This document shows positions 19,772-29,287 of a stretch of DNA of 64,000 nt, one piece after another. The position numbers were made by a program, and so were the translations under genes. The notes below the pieces were generated by a model. It was not told where the DNA came from. It did no database searches and saw only the letters and a list, made by a program, of their open reading frames with translations. The stretch comes from Thermoproteota archaeon (lineage in GTDB: Archaea > Korarchaeota > Korarchaeia > B14-G2): assembly GCA_037917675.1 (NCBI GenBank), contig JAVCBW010000051.1, positions 1 through 64,000 on the forward strand. The letters run 5' to 3'. Position 1 is the stretch's first letter. Each line of letters opens with the position of its first letter.

Positions 19772-20332
19772 ACGGGCTATTAATATGTTCCGCCCAAAAC
19801 AGGGGTAGAAGAAGCTTACATGACACCTGAGAGGTGTACAGGGCTTAGGTCACGTGCTTGAGGCTAAGCTTCTCTCCCTGACAGTAAGGCATCACAGCCA
19901 TGCTGGGGTATCGAGCAGGAGAACTTTATCTCCTAAAACGCAGCATGTATGAAGCTAGATCCATCTCTATATGCTGGAAACTGGGGGCAAAAGAGGTCTA
20001 TAGTGTATGCTCGAGTTCCCTTCAGGATATCAGGCATAGAGCTCTCATGGAGCCATTGAAGCCTATAATGGATATTAGGGCTCCAGTTTCAGTTTTTCAC
20101 ATGGCATAGGTGCTATTCGGCTGGGGTCAGCAGCTATGAGAAACCAGGCCACTTCTCCTCTGTTTAAATCCACAGTGAGCAATTAAAGCATGCTAGAGCT
20201 GCCTCTGTGGTGCTTGTAGGTACATCAGAGGCTCTAAAGCTACCTATGCTCAGCTCTATGCCTGGAGACTTCAGCTCCTAGTGCATGATTTACTACTCCA
20301 TACATGTAGCTCTTTAACTACCTGTCTCTAAG

Positions 20333-20656
20333 GTGCTGGTGCTCTGCTTGGAGTCTGAGTTCTCCAGGAGAGAGCGGCTGCTGAAGCTTTTACTTTCAAG
20401 TGAAGAGCCTCTCACCCCTAGAGAGATAGCTGAGGAGCTTGACCTAACCGAGAAGGAGGTTTATAGGGACCTTGAGCACGTAGCTAGAAGCCTAAAAGCC
20501 AGGTCAGGTGGCTCCATGTGGATTGAGGTTCTGCCTCCACAGTGCTTGTCATGTGGCTTCACTTTTTCAAAGAAGCCCTGGGTTAGGAAGAGCAAGTGTC
20601 CTCGGTGTAAGAGCACCCACATATCTCAACCTAGAATTAGAGTTGGGAGGAGGTAA
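20333..20656 (+). CDS. HTH + Zn-ribbon transcriptional regulator (COG3357-like)
   Basis: RRE...EIA...VYRDLEHVARS; CLSCG...CPRC. Confidence 0.85.
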   Translation: MLVLCLESEFSRRERLLKLLLSSEEPLTPREIAEELDLTEKEVYRDLEHVARSLKARSGGSMWIEVLPPQCLSCGFTFSKKPWVRKSKCPRCKSTHISQPRIRVGRR

Positions 20657-20657
20657 C

Positions 20658-21416
20658 TTGCCTGAGCTGCTAGCTATGCTCATAGCTGGACTGATACAGG
20701 GCATCTTGGAGTGGCTACCAGTTAGTAGTGAGGGCTTTGTTACAGCTACTCTCCTCTATCTCGGATATAGTCCACAGGCCTCTGTTAGCTTGGCTCTGTT
20801 AGCTCATGGTGGGACGATGGCTGCTGCAATACTCTACTTTAGAAGAGAGCTAGCTCAAGGCTTGATGCATCCAGACTTCAGAAGAGGCCTGGTGCCTTTC
20901 CTAGCATCCTCTATAGCGCTAACTGCTGCGGTAGGAATCCCTCTCTACCGGACTGTCATGTCACTTGATAGCAGAGCTATGACTGCGTTGCTAGGCTTCT
21001 CTCTACTTGCCACTGGCCTATTGGCCAGAGTCAGGCGGCTAGGAGGCTTCAAGAGAATTGAGAGCCTGACTCTACTCGATGGCGCTCTAGCTGGCCTGGC
21101 TCAGGGTGCTGCTGTGATCCCTGGCGTGAGCAGAAGTGGAGTTACAATTCTTGTGCTGATGCTGCTCGGCTTACCTCCAGGTGAGGCTGTTAAGGCTTCA
21201 TTCATCATGTCGATACCAGCTTCAGCTGGAGCTGTGGTGCTAGCTTGGCCAGCTGGTAGCTTGCTGTCTACAGCTGCCATGGTCTTATGCTCGCTTGCTG
21301 CCAGCCTGCTTTCCATAGGGCTCGTCTCTAGGGCAGCTAGCTCTATGCCATCAGTGTTCCCAGCAGCTTTAGGGCTGATATGCCTGCTCTCCCTACTAGC
21401 TCCAAGCTCTCCTTGA
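20658..21416 (+). CDS. uppP: undecaprenyl-diphosphate phosphatase (BacA/UppP family)
   Basis: GLIQGILEWLPVSSEG, AQG.AVIPGVSRSG, SFIMSIP. Confidence 0.9.
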   Translation: MPELLAMLIAGLIQGILEWLPVSSEGFVTATLLYLGYSPQASVSLALLAHGGTMAAAILYFRRELAQGLMHPDFRRGLVPFLASSIALTAAVGIPLYRTVMSLDSRAMTALLGFSLLATGLLARVRRLGGFKRIESLTLLDGALAGLAQGAAVIPGVSRSGVTILVLMLLGLPPGEAVKASFIMSIPASAGAVVLAWPAGSLLSTAAMVLCSLAASLLSIGLVSRAASSMPSVFPAALGLICLLSLLAPSSP

Positions 21417-21686
21417 CCTTCTCTTTTCAACAGTTATCCCGTCTATGCTCCTGAGGCTACAGGATGACTCCTCTAGGAGCTTCTTTATCTCCTCTCTATC
21501 AAGGTTCAGCCCCTCCAGCGTTATCCTAGTCGTCTCAGTTGCTATGTCTCTCTCCAAGATGTCTATCTGTATCCTCTCTACTCCAGTTGCCTGAAGTAGG
21601 TTTTCTGCAAGCAGCTCAGCTGGCAGAGTGTTCGGCTTCAGCACGTCTAAGACGAGCCTGACCACTACAGGTTTACTCTGGCTCAA
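21396..21686 (-). CDS. DUF211 family protein
   Basis: RLVLDVLKP...ITLEG...SID signature. Confidence 0.85.
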   Translation of the reverse strand: MSQSKPVVVRLVLDVLKPNTLPAELLAENLLQATGVERIQIDILERDIATETTRITLEGLNLDREEIKKLLEESSCSLRSIDGITVEKRRSRRAWS

Positions 21687-21719
21687 TTGGAGCCCTCACC
21701 GTGCCTATCATAGCTTGAG

Positions 21720-22130
21720 TTATAACCTTTGCTCCAGCTTCACTAGCCCATCTCTAACTATGTCAACGTGGTCGAAGGCCATCTTGCTAGGTGGCTCCCT
21801 GAACCACCTGAGCTCGAGAGCTTCCTCAGTCTCCTTCTGAGCTCCTCCAGCTATCTCAGCTAGGAAAGCTATGCTGACAACATGATATCTAGGGTCTCTG
21901 TCTGGCTTAGAGTATACGCCTATCATGTCCCTAAGCTCTATCTCAAACCCTGTCTCCTCCTCAGCCTCTCTAGCTGCAGCCTCCTCTACAGTCTCACCAT
22001 ACTTCACATGCCCTCCAGGCAGAGCCCAGTAGCCTCTATATGGTGGCTTTCCCCTCTTTATCAGCAGGAACTCTCTGCCTCGGTAGATCATCACGTCAAC
22101 TGCTAGAACTGGGGTATAGAAGCTTCTCAA
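21720..22130 (-). CDS. NUDIX hydrolase
   Basis: WALPGG...GETVEEAAAREAEEETG, RDPR, AFDH. Confidence 0.92.
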   Translation of the reverse strand: MRSFYTPVLAVDVMIYRGREFLLIKRGKPPYRGYWALPGGHVKYGETVEEAAAREAEEETGFEIELRDMIGVYSKPDRDPRYHVVSIAFLAEIAGGAQKETEEALELRWFREPPSKMAFDHVDIVRDGLVKLEQRL

Positions 22131-22591
22131 CCCTCCACCTCCAGCACAGCTGGATCTGTCTGGAGGAGCTCAAGTCCAGTCTCTGGGTCTAGAGCTCTCA
22201 CTAGCTCAGCCTTCTCAGCCTCTATTATAGTGAGTTCACCTGTCCCCCTCACTCTGCTTCCAGGCATTAGGTGGCCTACCACAATCCTGCTCCAGTTTCC
22301 TGCTGCGATATGCGCGTGCACAGCTATCTCTCCATCAAGCTTCCTCGAGATTGTCCCAGTACAGGACACGACCTCCATGAATTCCTCATATACACGCTTC
22401 TCGTATTCGCCTCTCCCCCTGTAGACTCCAACTACAAGCCTATCTACTCCCCCTATCAAGTTGAATGTGGCTGCCTTCACATTATGATCTTCAGCAACCC
22501 TCTTTATCTCCTCCAGTATGTCGCTTCCCTCCTTAAGCCTGTGGAATATGAGCCTAGGGCTCAAGCCCACTACAGGGCTCAAACAGGTCAC
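22127..22591 (-). CDS. PPC/DUF296 domain protein
   Basis: RLKEG.D, EVVSCTG, HAH, GHL. Confidence 0.88.
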   Translation of the reverse strand: MTCLSPVVGLSPRLIFHRLKEGSDILEEIKRVAEDHNVKAATFNLIGGVDRLVVGVYRGRGEYEKRVYEEFMEVVSCTGTISRKLDGEIAVHAHIAAGNWSRIVVGHLMPGSRVRGTGELTIIEAEKAELVRALDPETGLELLQTDPAVLEVEG

Positions 22592-22656
22592 CAGCTAAGC
22601 TGGCTACCTCCAGCTTTTAAACTATCTCAGCTATCACCTATCAGCTGGGTGGCAGC

Positions 22657-23523
22657 TTGCATCTCCCTCTATTCAAAAGGGGGCCACTATGTACCTGCCC
22701 ACCCAAATACAACATCAACACCTATACTGGGAGATGCAGGCATAGCTGCATATACTGCTATGCAGTGAAGTTCCCAGCTTTCAGAGGAGAGCTCAAGCCT
22801 AGGCTCTCTCTGATACAAAACCTCGATGAGATAGCTAGGATCAGGCCTAAGATGACTATCATGCTATCTGATGCAACAGACCCATATCAGCCAGCTGAGA
22901 GAAAGTACTACATAACCAGGAGGGTGGTAGCTAAGCTCGGTGAGTCAGGTTTCCCTCTCCTGATAGTCACAAAGTCCCACCTAGTAGCTCGAGACACAGA
23001 CATACTCAAGAGGTCTATGTGTGTCGTCTCTCTGACGGTAACCACGCTAGACAGAAGAAAGTCCCTGGCCATAGAGCCAAATGCCCCTCCCCCTAGGCTC
23101 AGGCTCAGGGCGCTGAGCTTCCTAAGCAGCACAGGCGTGCCGACTGCAGCCAGGATAGACCCGATCATACCTGGCTTGAATGACAGCCCAGAGGAGCTCA
23201 GGAAGCTTGTAATAAGGCTCCATGAGGCTGGAGTCCAGCATGTGACAGCTTCGACTCTGAAGCCTGTTAGAGGATTCTTCAAAAATGTCAGGCAGATCCC
23301 ATGGCTGTATGAGAGGCTAGCCAGAGAATACCAGGGTGCAGTTAAGGTAGCAGGCTACAGCTACCTTCCTGAAGATAGGAGAAGAGAGCTCCTTGCTCCA
23401 GTCAGAGAGGCAGCTGAAGAAATGGGACTGACTTTCGCAGTGTGCAGAGAGGGCTTCAACTGGAATACTGCCACCTGCGATGGCTCACATCTCGCTACTG
23501 GGGTCTCTCAGCTCATGTTATAG
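22657..23523 (+). CDS. radical SAM protein (SPL-like family)
   Basis: LCTCPPKY, CRHSCIYC, TDPYQPAE, EPNAPPP, RIDPII. Confidence 0.88.
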   Translation: MHLPLFKRGPLCTCPPKYNINTYTGRCRHSCIYCYAVKFPAFRGELKPRLSLIQNLDEIARIRPKMTIMLSDATDPYQPAERKYYITRRVVAKLGESGFPLLIVTKSHLVARDTDILKRSMCVVSLTVTTLDRRKSLAIEPNAPPPRLRLRALSFLSSTGVPTAARIDPIIPGLNDSPEELRKLVIRLHEAGVQHVTASTLKPVRGFFKNVRQIPWLYERLAREYQGAVKVAGYSYLPEDRRRELLAPVREAAEEMGLTFAVCREGFNWNTATCDGSHLATGVSQLML

Positions 23524-23812
23524 GTTCTCTGGCAAGCTTAAACACGGCTGTTCCACCGCACGTCTTCGGAGGTCCTGGGTCGGGGCACTGAACCCACCCG
23601 ACATCAGGCTGCTCTCCTATCCCTAAGTCCACTGCGCTCACACCCTTTATGAAGGCTGATAGGAGTGTCAACATAGCTGAGAAGGCGTGTATGCACACCC
23701 TACTAGACTCCTCAGGCAGTATATAGAACCTCTCAAAGACTATGCTGTCACCAGGCTTGTAGATGGGGCATCTACCCTTAACTTCCTCTACTACAGCTCT
23801 AACCCTATACAT
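23513..23812 (-). CDS. TIGR04076-family small Cys-rich protein
   Basis: KGRCP.YKPGD, CIHA, CPDPG. Confidence 0.8.
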   Translation of the reverse strand: MYRVRAVVEEVKGRCPIYKPGDSIVFERFYILPEESSRVCIHAFSAMLTLLSAFIKGVSAVDLGIGEQPDVGWVQCPDPGPPKTCGGTAVFKLAREPIT

Positions 23813-25366
23813 CTAAACCACCATAGCAGAGTCTAGGTCAAGCCCTCTCCAGACAACTCTGAACCCAGCTAGCTTAAGAACCTCTAGGTGATGCTTCCTT
23901 CTAACTCCAAGCTTCGATAGGGCTTCAGACGCCTCTCTGAACGTCCTTAGCCCAGATAGCCTAGCTGATGCCTCAGCTACAAGCTTCCTGTCGATGAGCA
24001 GCCCACCTGAGAGCACATAGCCCTCTAGAGGCTCCTCTCTAAGAGCCCTCTCAAGCTGCTTAGGTGAGGCGCCTATTCTCTCAGCTAGCTCAGCAACCTC
24101 GACTACAGGCTCACTTGGCTTCAGCTCTCTGAGCTTCCTGCGGATCTCCCTAGAAATATCACCCCACGCCCTCTCCTCTAGCTCAGAGAGCCACCTGGCG
24201 ACCTCGGAAGCAGGTATCTTATCCTCATAGTAGACTACTCTATGGGGAAGCTTTCCAAGCCTACTACATGCAAGCTGCTTGTCAGCTAGGATGAGGATGG
24301 GGGCCTCAGCTTCAGCTAGCTTCCTCACCTTCCTGGAGAGGTACTCTGGAGTCCAGTACCCTACTATCTCAACATAGGCCTTCAAGGGCCCCTTAGTGAG
24401 GCAGAAGTCAGGTAGGATCATAGAGCTGCCAGCTAGCACAGCCTCTTCTTCCCTCCTGACACACCATCCTCCAAGCCCTCCCATGATGGAAGCAAACTTC
24501 TCCTCAATAGCACTGTCGTACTCTGGCTCAGATGGAGGGAAATCTGGGAAAAGCTTCTTCTCAGAATCGGAGACGACGAGTAGCAGAGGCTCTCTTCTTT
24601 CAGCTCTAAGGACGGTTGCCCTTATAACCCAGCTGCTCATCGAAACCACATGTGGAACAAGCTTAGCTAATGCTGTCCCATAGCGTGTAGTCATCTTCAG
24701 CAGGCTAGCAGGGCCGTCTACCAGAAGCTTCACTCCACCATCCTTCTCAGCAGAATACATGAGCCCAAGCCTCTTAACTGCCCTGAGAAGGCTTTTGAGC
24801 TCCCATCCTGGCGCTTTTGTCTCAATGCTCATTCTCAGTGCCCTGAAGAGAGCTGTCTGGAGGAGAGCTAGGTTATACTCTCTGAGAAGCTCTCTCTCAC
24901 CTATCTTACTGAACCCCTCTACAAGCATCTCGCTTTCCCTATCACACCAGAGCGCTTCCTCTAGCTCCTCCACTGTCAGGCCAAGCTTCTCTGCTGCAGC
25001 CTCTATCAGAGCTCTCCTCTCCTCAGCTGTGGAGGCGAAGCCTCCTGAAGCCTCAGTGCAGAGGGCGAAAACTATAGACCTAGCCTTAGAAGGATCTACT
25101 CTAGTAGCTCTCCTAGCAACCTTACATCTCCTCTCCAGCAGGGTGGCTAGCCCCCTGACCAGCTTGTAGTCTACACTAAGCACCTCATAGCACTTCTCAA
25201 CATCCTCTATCCTAGAGTGGAGGTCGCCAAGCGTGCTCCCAGTACACTCCTCAAAAACAGATATGAGCTCTCTAGCCAGCTCAAGCTCTATCCCGCTACC
25301 ATATGCCCAGAGCACTCTGAGCCTTCCACGTGAGGCTCGTGCTCTAAGCAGCTGAGACGGGAGCAT
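23813..25366 (-). CDS. DUF790 family (Bax1-like) endonuclease
   Basis: YNLALLQTALF, DGPASL, YDSAIE, PDF...EIVGYWTPEYL..K. Confidence 0.9.
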   Translation of the reverse strand: MLPSQLLRARASRGRLRVLWAYGSGIELELARELISVFEECTGSTLGDLHSRIEDVEKCYEVLSVDYKLVRGLATLLERRCKVARRATRVDPSKARSIVFALCTEASGGFASTAEERRALIEAAAEKLGLTVEELEEALWCDRESEMLVEGFSKIGERELLREYNLALLQTALFRALRMSIETKAPGWELKSLLRAVKRLGLMYSAEKDGGVKLLVDGPASLLKMTTRYGTALAKLVPHVVSMSSWVIRATVLRAERREPLLLVVSDSEKKLFPDFPPSEPEYDSAIEEKFASIMGGLGGWCVRREEEAVLAGSSMILPDFCLTKGPLKAYVEIVGYWTPEYLSRKVRKLAEAEAPILILADKQLACSRLGKLPHRVVYYEDKIPASEVARWLSELEERAWGDISREIRRKLRELKPSEPVVEVAELAERIGASPKQLERALREEPLEGYVLSGGLLIDRKLVAEASARLSGLRTFREASEALSKLGVRRKHHLEVLKLAGFRVVWRGLDLDSAMVV

Positions 25367-26718
25367 CACACATCCCTCAGTGCTCTCCTCCTTCTCCAAG
25401 AGACTCTCGTTTCAACAGTACCTTTGGATACTATCTCATAGAGGAGAGCAACCTTGACACCACTCCTCCTCAGGACCCTACCTAACCTCTGGATAAACTC
25501 TCTTCTGCTCCCGCTTCCACCGACTATGATAGCCACCTTAGCATCTGGCACATCAACTCCCTCATCCAGCACCTTAGACGTCACAATCTTCGTGTATCTG
25601 CCCTCCCTGAAGCCGCTGAGCAGCTCCTCCCTCTCCTCCCTCTTGGTCCTATGCGTTATCAGGGGGATTAAGAGCTCTCTGCTTATGAGCTCAGCCATCT
25701 CATTGTACTCAGTGAATATTAAGACCTTGTCTTGCCTGTGTGCCTCCAGGATCTTCTTCAAGGCCTCTATCTTGGCCCTAGAGTTTAAGGCTATCCTCCT
25801 AGCCTCGTTCCAGGCTAGCAGAGCTCTCCTAGCTGGGAGGCTTACTCCACTCCTCATTATAAGCCTCCTGAAGTCCTCTATATCCCTCATCTTGAGCCCA
25901 GCCTTCTCAAGGTAAGACTTGTACTCCCTCATATGCCTCTCGTACTCTAGCTTCTCATCCTCTGTGAGCTCAACAGGCACCCTCACAACCTCAAACTCAG
26001 CTAAGTGCTTTCCGGCAAGCTCCCCTGGCCCCATCCTGAAGACTATCCCACCTATCAAGCTGAAGAGCAGGATGTGTCTTCCATCTTCCCTCTCAAATGT
26101 AGCTGTCAGCCCAAGCCTATAGGGTGCAGCTAGCATCTCACCTATCTGAGAGTACCCTTCTGCAGCTAGGTGATGGCACTCATCGAACACAGCTAGCTCA
26201 AACTTGTCTCCGAGCTCCTCAGCTCTCAAGTAAGCTGAGTCATATGTCGAGACTGTTATCCCACGTAGCTCATGTCTGCCACCACCGAGAGCTCCAGCTT
26301 CTACACCAAGCAGCCTGCTGATCATGCTTCTCCACTGCTCTAGCAGAGGAAGCGTCGGGACAACAACTAGTGTAGGCTTACAGAGCCTCCTGATGACGTC
26401 AGCTGCTATCACAGTCTTACCTGAGCCAGGCGGCAGGACCACTACTCCACGGCCACCAGCCTTAAACCAGGCTTCAACAGCCTTCTCCTGGAAATCCCTA
26501 AGCTTAAACCCTCCAGCTGGAGCCCTATCCAGAGGTATCGGGTTGAGCACACGGTCTTCAAAGGGGACACTGCTCCTCTCAAGATACTCTGCTATGTCTC
26601 TATACCTGTAGGCTGGGGCTCTAAAGGCTTTAACTCTATGGTCCCAGACAGCGTATGGAGCCCCCCACCCACCTGTCAGCAGTAGAGTCCCCCTATCATA
26701 TGCTAGCTTAGCCTTCAT
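25366..26718 (-). CDS. xpb: XPB/Rad25-like SF2 helicase
   Basis: GSGKT, DECHH, LGLTAT, DEGVDVP, QRLGR; TGATG overlap with Bax1 gene. Confidence 0.9.
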   Translation of the reverse strand: MKAKLAYDRGTLLLTGGWGAPYAVWDHRVKAFRAPAYRYRDIAEYLERSSVPFEDRVLNPIPLDRAPAGGFKLRDFQEKAVEAWFKAGGRGVVVLPPGSGKTVIAADVIRRLCKPTLVVVPTLPLLEQWRSMISRLLGVEAGALGGGRHELRGITVSTYDSAYLRAEELGDKFELAVFDECHHLAAEGYSQIGEMLAAPYRLGLTATFEREDGRHILLFSLIGGIVFRMGPGELAGKHLAEFEVVRVPVELTEDEKLEYERHMREYKSYLEKAGLKMRDIEDFRRLIMRSGVSLPARRALLAWNEARRIALNSRAKIEALKKILEAHRQDKVLIFTEYNEMAELISRELLIPLITHRTKREEREELLSGFREGRYTKIVTSKVLDEGVDVPDAKVAIIVGGSGSRREFIQRLGRVLRRSGVKVALLYEIVSKGTVETRVSWRRRRALRDV

Positions 26719-26779
26719 GCTAGCTTGCAGTGGCAGCCAACTAATAAAAAGGTGCTGACTGACCACTCTAGGTGCAAGC

Positions 26780-27784
26780 TTGAAGCCCAGAGTAGTGATC
26801 TATGGGGTTGGGGCGATAGGCTCTGCTGTAGCTAAAGTCCTCATAGAGAGGAGGATAGAGGTAGTTGGAGCAGTTGACATAAGCCCAGCTAAAGTAGGCA
26901 GAGACCTAGCTGAGGTAGCTGGCCTAAAGGAGGAGACTGGGATAGTGGTCAAGAGGACACTTAGCGAAGCCCTAGAGCCTGGGGAGGCTAATGTCGCAGT
27001 ACATACGACAGGCTCATATTTGAGAGAGGTGCTCCCACAGATAGAGGAGTGCATAGGCAGCAGGCTTTCAGTTGTATCGACATGTGAGGAGCTATCATAC
27101 CCGTACTATAAGCATCCCGAGGTAGCTAAGAAGATAGATGAGAAGGCTAGAGAGGCTGGAGTGGCAGTCTTGGGCACAGGAATAAACCCAGGGTTCCTGA
27201 TGGACCTGCTTCCAGCCGTGCTGACAGCACCCTGCATAAGAGTAAAGGAGATAAGGGCCACTAGAGTGATAAACTCAGCTAAGAGGAGAGCACCATTCCA
27301 GAGGAAGATCGGCACAGGCCTCACCAGAGACGAGTTTAGAGAGATGATTAAGAGAAGGGAGATAACAGGCCACGTAGGCCTAGCTGAGTCCATAGCCATG
27401 CTAGCTGCTGCACTAGGCTTGAAGCTAGATGAGATCATCGAGAGGCCTCCTGAGCCAGTTATAGCTGAGACTGCATTGGAAACCCCCTATGCTAGTGTAG
27501 AGCCTGGGATGGTAGCTGGCCTAAGGAGTGTTGCAGAGGGACTCAGAGGAGGGAAGCCGATCATAACACTAGACTTCAGAGCCTATGCTGGAGCAGACCC
27601 AGAGTACGATGAGGTTCTAGTGAAGGGTGAGCCAGAGATCAATGTCAGGATACATGGGGGAGTACATGGCGATAAGGGTACAGTAGGCATGGTAGCTAAC
27701 ATGGTACCTACCATCCTCAAGGCATCCCCAGGGCTACATACCATGATAGACCTGCCAGCTCCGAGGGCGGTAGTGAGCACATGA
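26780..27784 (+). CDS. NAD(P)-dependent amine dehydrogenase (2,4-diaminopentanoate dehydrogenase/DapB-like)
   Basis: GVGAIG, STCEEL, LGTGINPGFLMD, GHVG..ES, G.HGD.GT. Confidence 0.8.
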   Translation: MKPRVVIYGVGAIGSAVAKVLIERRIEVVGAVDISPAKVGRDLAEVAGLKEETGIVVKRTLSEALEPGEANVAVHTTGSYLREVLPQIEECIGSRLSVVSTCEELSYPYYKHPEVAKKIDEKAREAGVAVLGTGINPGFLMDLLPAVLTAPCIRVKEIRATRVINSAKRRAPFQRKIGTGLTRDEFREMIKRREITGHVGLAESIAMLAAALGLKLDEIIERPPEPVIAETALETPYASVEPGMVAGLRSVAEGLRGGKPIITLDFRAYAGADPEYDEVLVKGEPEINVRIHGGVHGDKGTVGMVANMVPTILKASPGLHTMIDLPAPRAVVST

Positions 27785-28827
27785 GGCCTAGGATAGCCAT
27801 AGTAGGCTGTGGAGCAGTAGCTAGGAGAGCTCACATACCTGCCCTACTGGAGGCAGGCTTCGAGATAAAAGTCTGCTGTGACCTAAGCGAGGCTGCAGCA
27901 AGGAAGGCAGCCAAGCAGGCTAAGGCAAAGTGGGCTACAAGCCTACATGAAGCTCTATCAGAGAAGGTAGATGTGGTAGATGTATGCACACCACCAAGCA
28001 GCCACCATAAGATAGCTTTAGAGGCGCTGAGTGCAGGGATCCCTGTAGTGATAGAGAAGCCAATAGCCCTAAGCTACAGTGAGGCAAGAGAGATGGCTGA
28101 GGAAGCAGATAGGAGGGGCCTAGGGCTAGCTGTAGTCCATAACCACAGGTATGCGCCGCCACTAGCCAGGCTGAAGAAGCTTATAGAAGAGGGGAAGCTA
28201 GGTAGGCTGCTCCACTTGTCAGCTGAGCTGGCTCAGGAGCTCCCATTCAGATGGAGTAAGTCAACATGGCAGTTCACCTCAGCTGAAGGAGGTGGAGTCC
28301 TATTCAATGTCGGAGTCCACCTAGCCGACATACTCCTCTGGCTAGGTGGCCCGGCTGAGCCCATAGCAGCCATAGGAGGAGACCTCACAAGGGAGATGGG
28401 TGCTGAGAACCATGTGGTAGCCATGCTAGAGTTCGAAAGCGGAGCCTCAGGGCTCCTAGCTGTATCATGGATTGCAGGAGGCTTCAGGCACAGGATAGAG
28501 GCTATAGGCACAGCTGCCACAGCAGCAGTAGACCCCCGTAGAGGAACTATGCTACTCTACTCAGGCCACCTCCTACCAACAGAGGAGTTAGCTTCCCTCC
28601 TTAAAGGATACCTGGGGATGGCTAAGGGAGCTATCACAGGAGCTCTATTCAGAGGCTACCTAGAGTACCATAAGCCCCTCTTAAAGGACACTGTAGAAGC
28701 GCTTATATCCGGTAGGAAGCCGCCAGTCACAGCATGGGAGGCAGCTGAGGCAGTTAGGCTGCTTGAGGAAATAAGAGCCAAGCTTGTTAAGTACTATGGA
28801 AAGCATTATAAGGGAGGCGAACCATAG
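27781..28827 (+). CDS. Gfo/Idh/MocA oxidoreductase
   Basis: GCGAVA, EKP, GGG.L...GVH..D. Confidence 0.9.
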   Translation: MRPRIAIVGCGAVARRAHIPALLEAGFEIKVCCDLSEAAARKAAKQAKAKWATSLHEALSEKVDVVDVCTPPSSHHKIALEALSAGIPVVIEKPIALSYSEAREMAEEADRRGLGLAVVHNHRYAPPLARLKKLIEEGKLGRLLHLSAELAQELPFRWSKSTWQFTSAEGGGVLFNVGVHLADILLWLGGPAEPIAAIGGDLTREMGAENHVVAMLEFESGASGLLAVSWIAGGFRHRIEAIGTAATAAVDPRRGTMLLYSGHLLPTEELASLLKGYLGMAKGAITGALFRGYLEYHKPLLKDTVEALISGRKPPVTAWEAAEAVRLLEEIRAKLVKYYGKHYKGGEP

Positions 28828-28855
28828 GTACATACTTCAATTCCAGGTGCAAGTC

Positions 28856-29245
28856 TTGTCTGTTCCAACCAAGATAGAGGAGCTACAGCCTAATACGAGG
28901 AGTGCCAACCTCACTGTAAAGGTCCTCTCAATATCAGAGCCGAGGGAGATACAGACTATACAGGGTCCAAGAGTTCTCAGAGAAGCTCTAGTCGGAGATG
29001 AGACAGCAACCATTCTCATGACACTCTGGGGAAAGCAGGGAGAGCAATTTGAGGAGGGTGACGTCCTCAAGCTAGAGAACGCATACGTCAGGCTAGTCAG
29101 AGGCAGAATGAGGCTCAATGTCGGTAGGCATGGGAGGATAACGAAGCTGAGTGCCACAGACATTGATGTAAACACCAGCATTAACATGAGTGAGAGAGAG
29201 TACCTACAGAGGAGGAGAAGGCCAGCTAGGAGGCGATTCAGGTAA
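28856..29245 (+). CDS. ssb: single-stranded DNA-binding protein (single OB fold, crenarchaeal type)
   Basis: VGDETA.I.MTLW, LENAYV...LNVGR.G; Arg-rich tail. Confidence 0.88.
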   Translation: MSVPTKIEELQPNTRSANLTVKVLSISEPREIQTIQGPRVLREALVGDETATILMTLWGKQGEQFEEGDVLKLENAYVRLVRGRMRLNVGRHGRITKLSATDIDVNTSINMSEREYLQRRRRPARRRFR

Positions 29246-29254
29246 GCAGCCTAA

Positions 29255-29287
29255 GCCTCGGAGGCTACCCTCCGAGGCAGCTTTTTC
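29255..29287 (+). terminator. perfect 10-bp hairpin followed by T-tract
   Basis: GCCTCGGAGG-CTAC-CCTCCGAGGC then AGCTTTTTC, between convergent genes. Confidence 0.75.

Noticed and set aside
20245-20310. Possible minus-strand C/D sRNA
   Set aside because: Box C and D' are too degenerate and there is no clear target
23813-26718. Helicase-nuclease pair as a defence system
   Set aside because: Matches the known archaeal XPB-Bax1 pair
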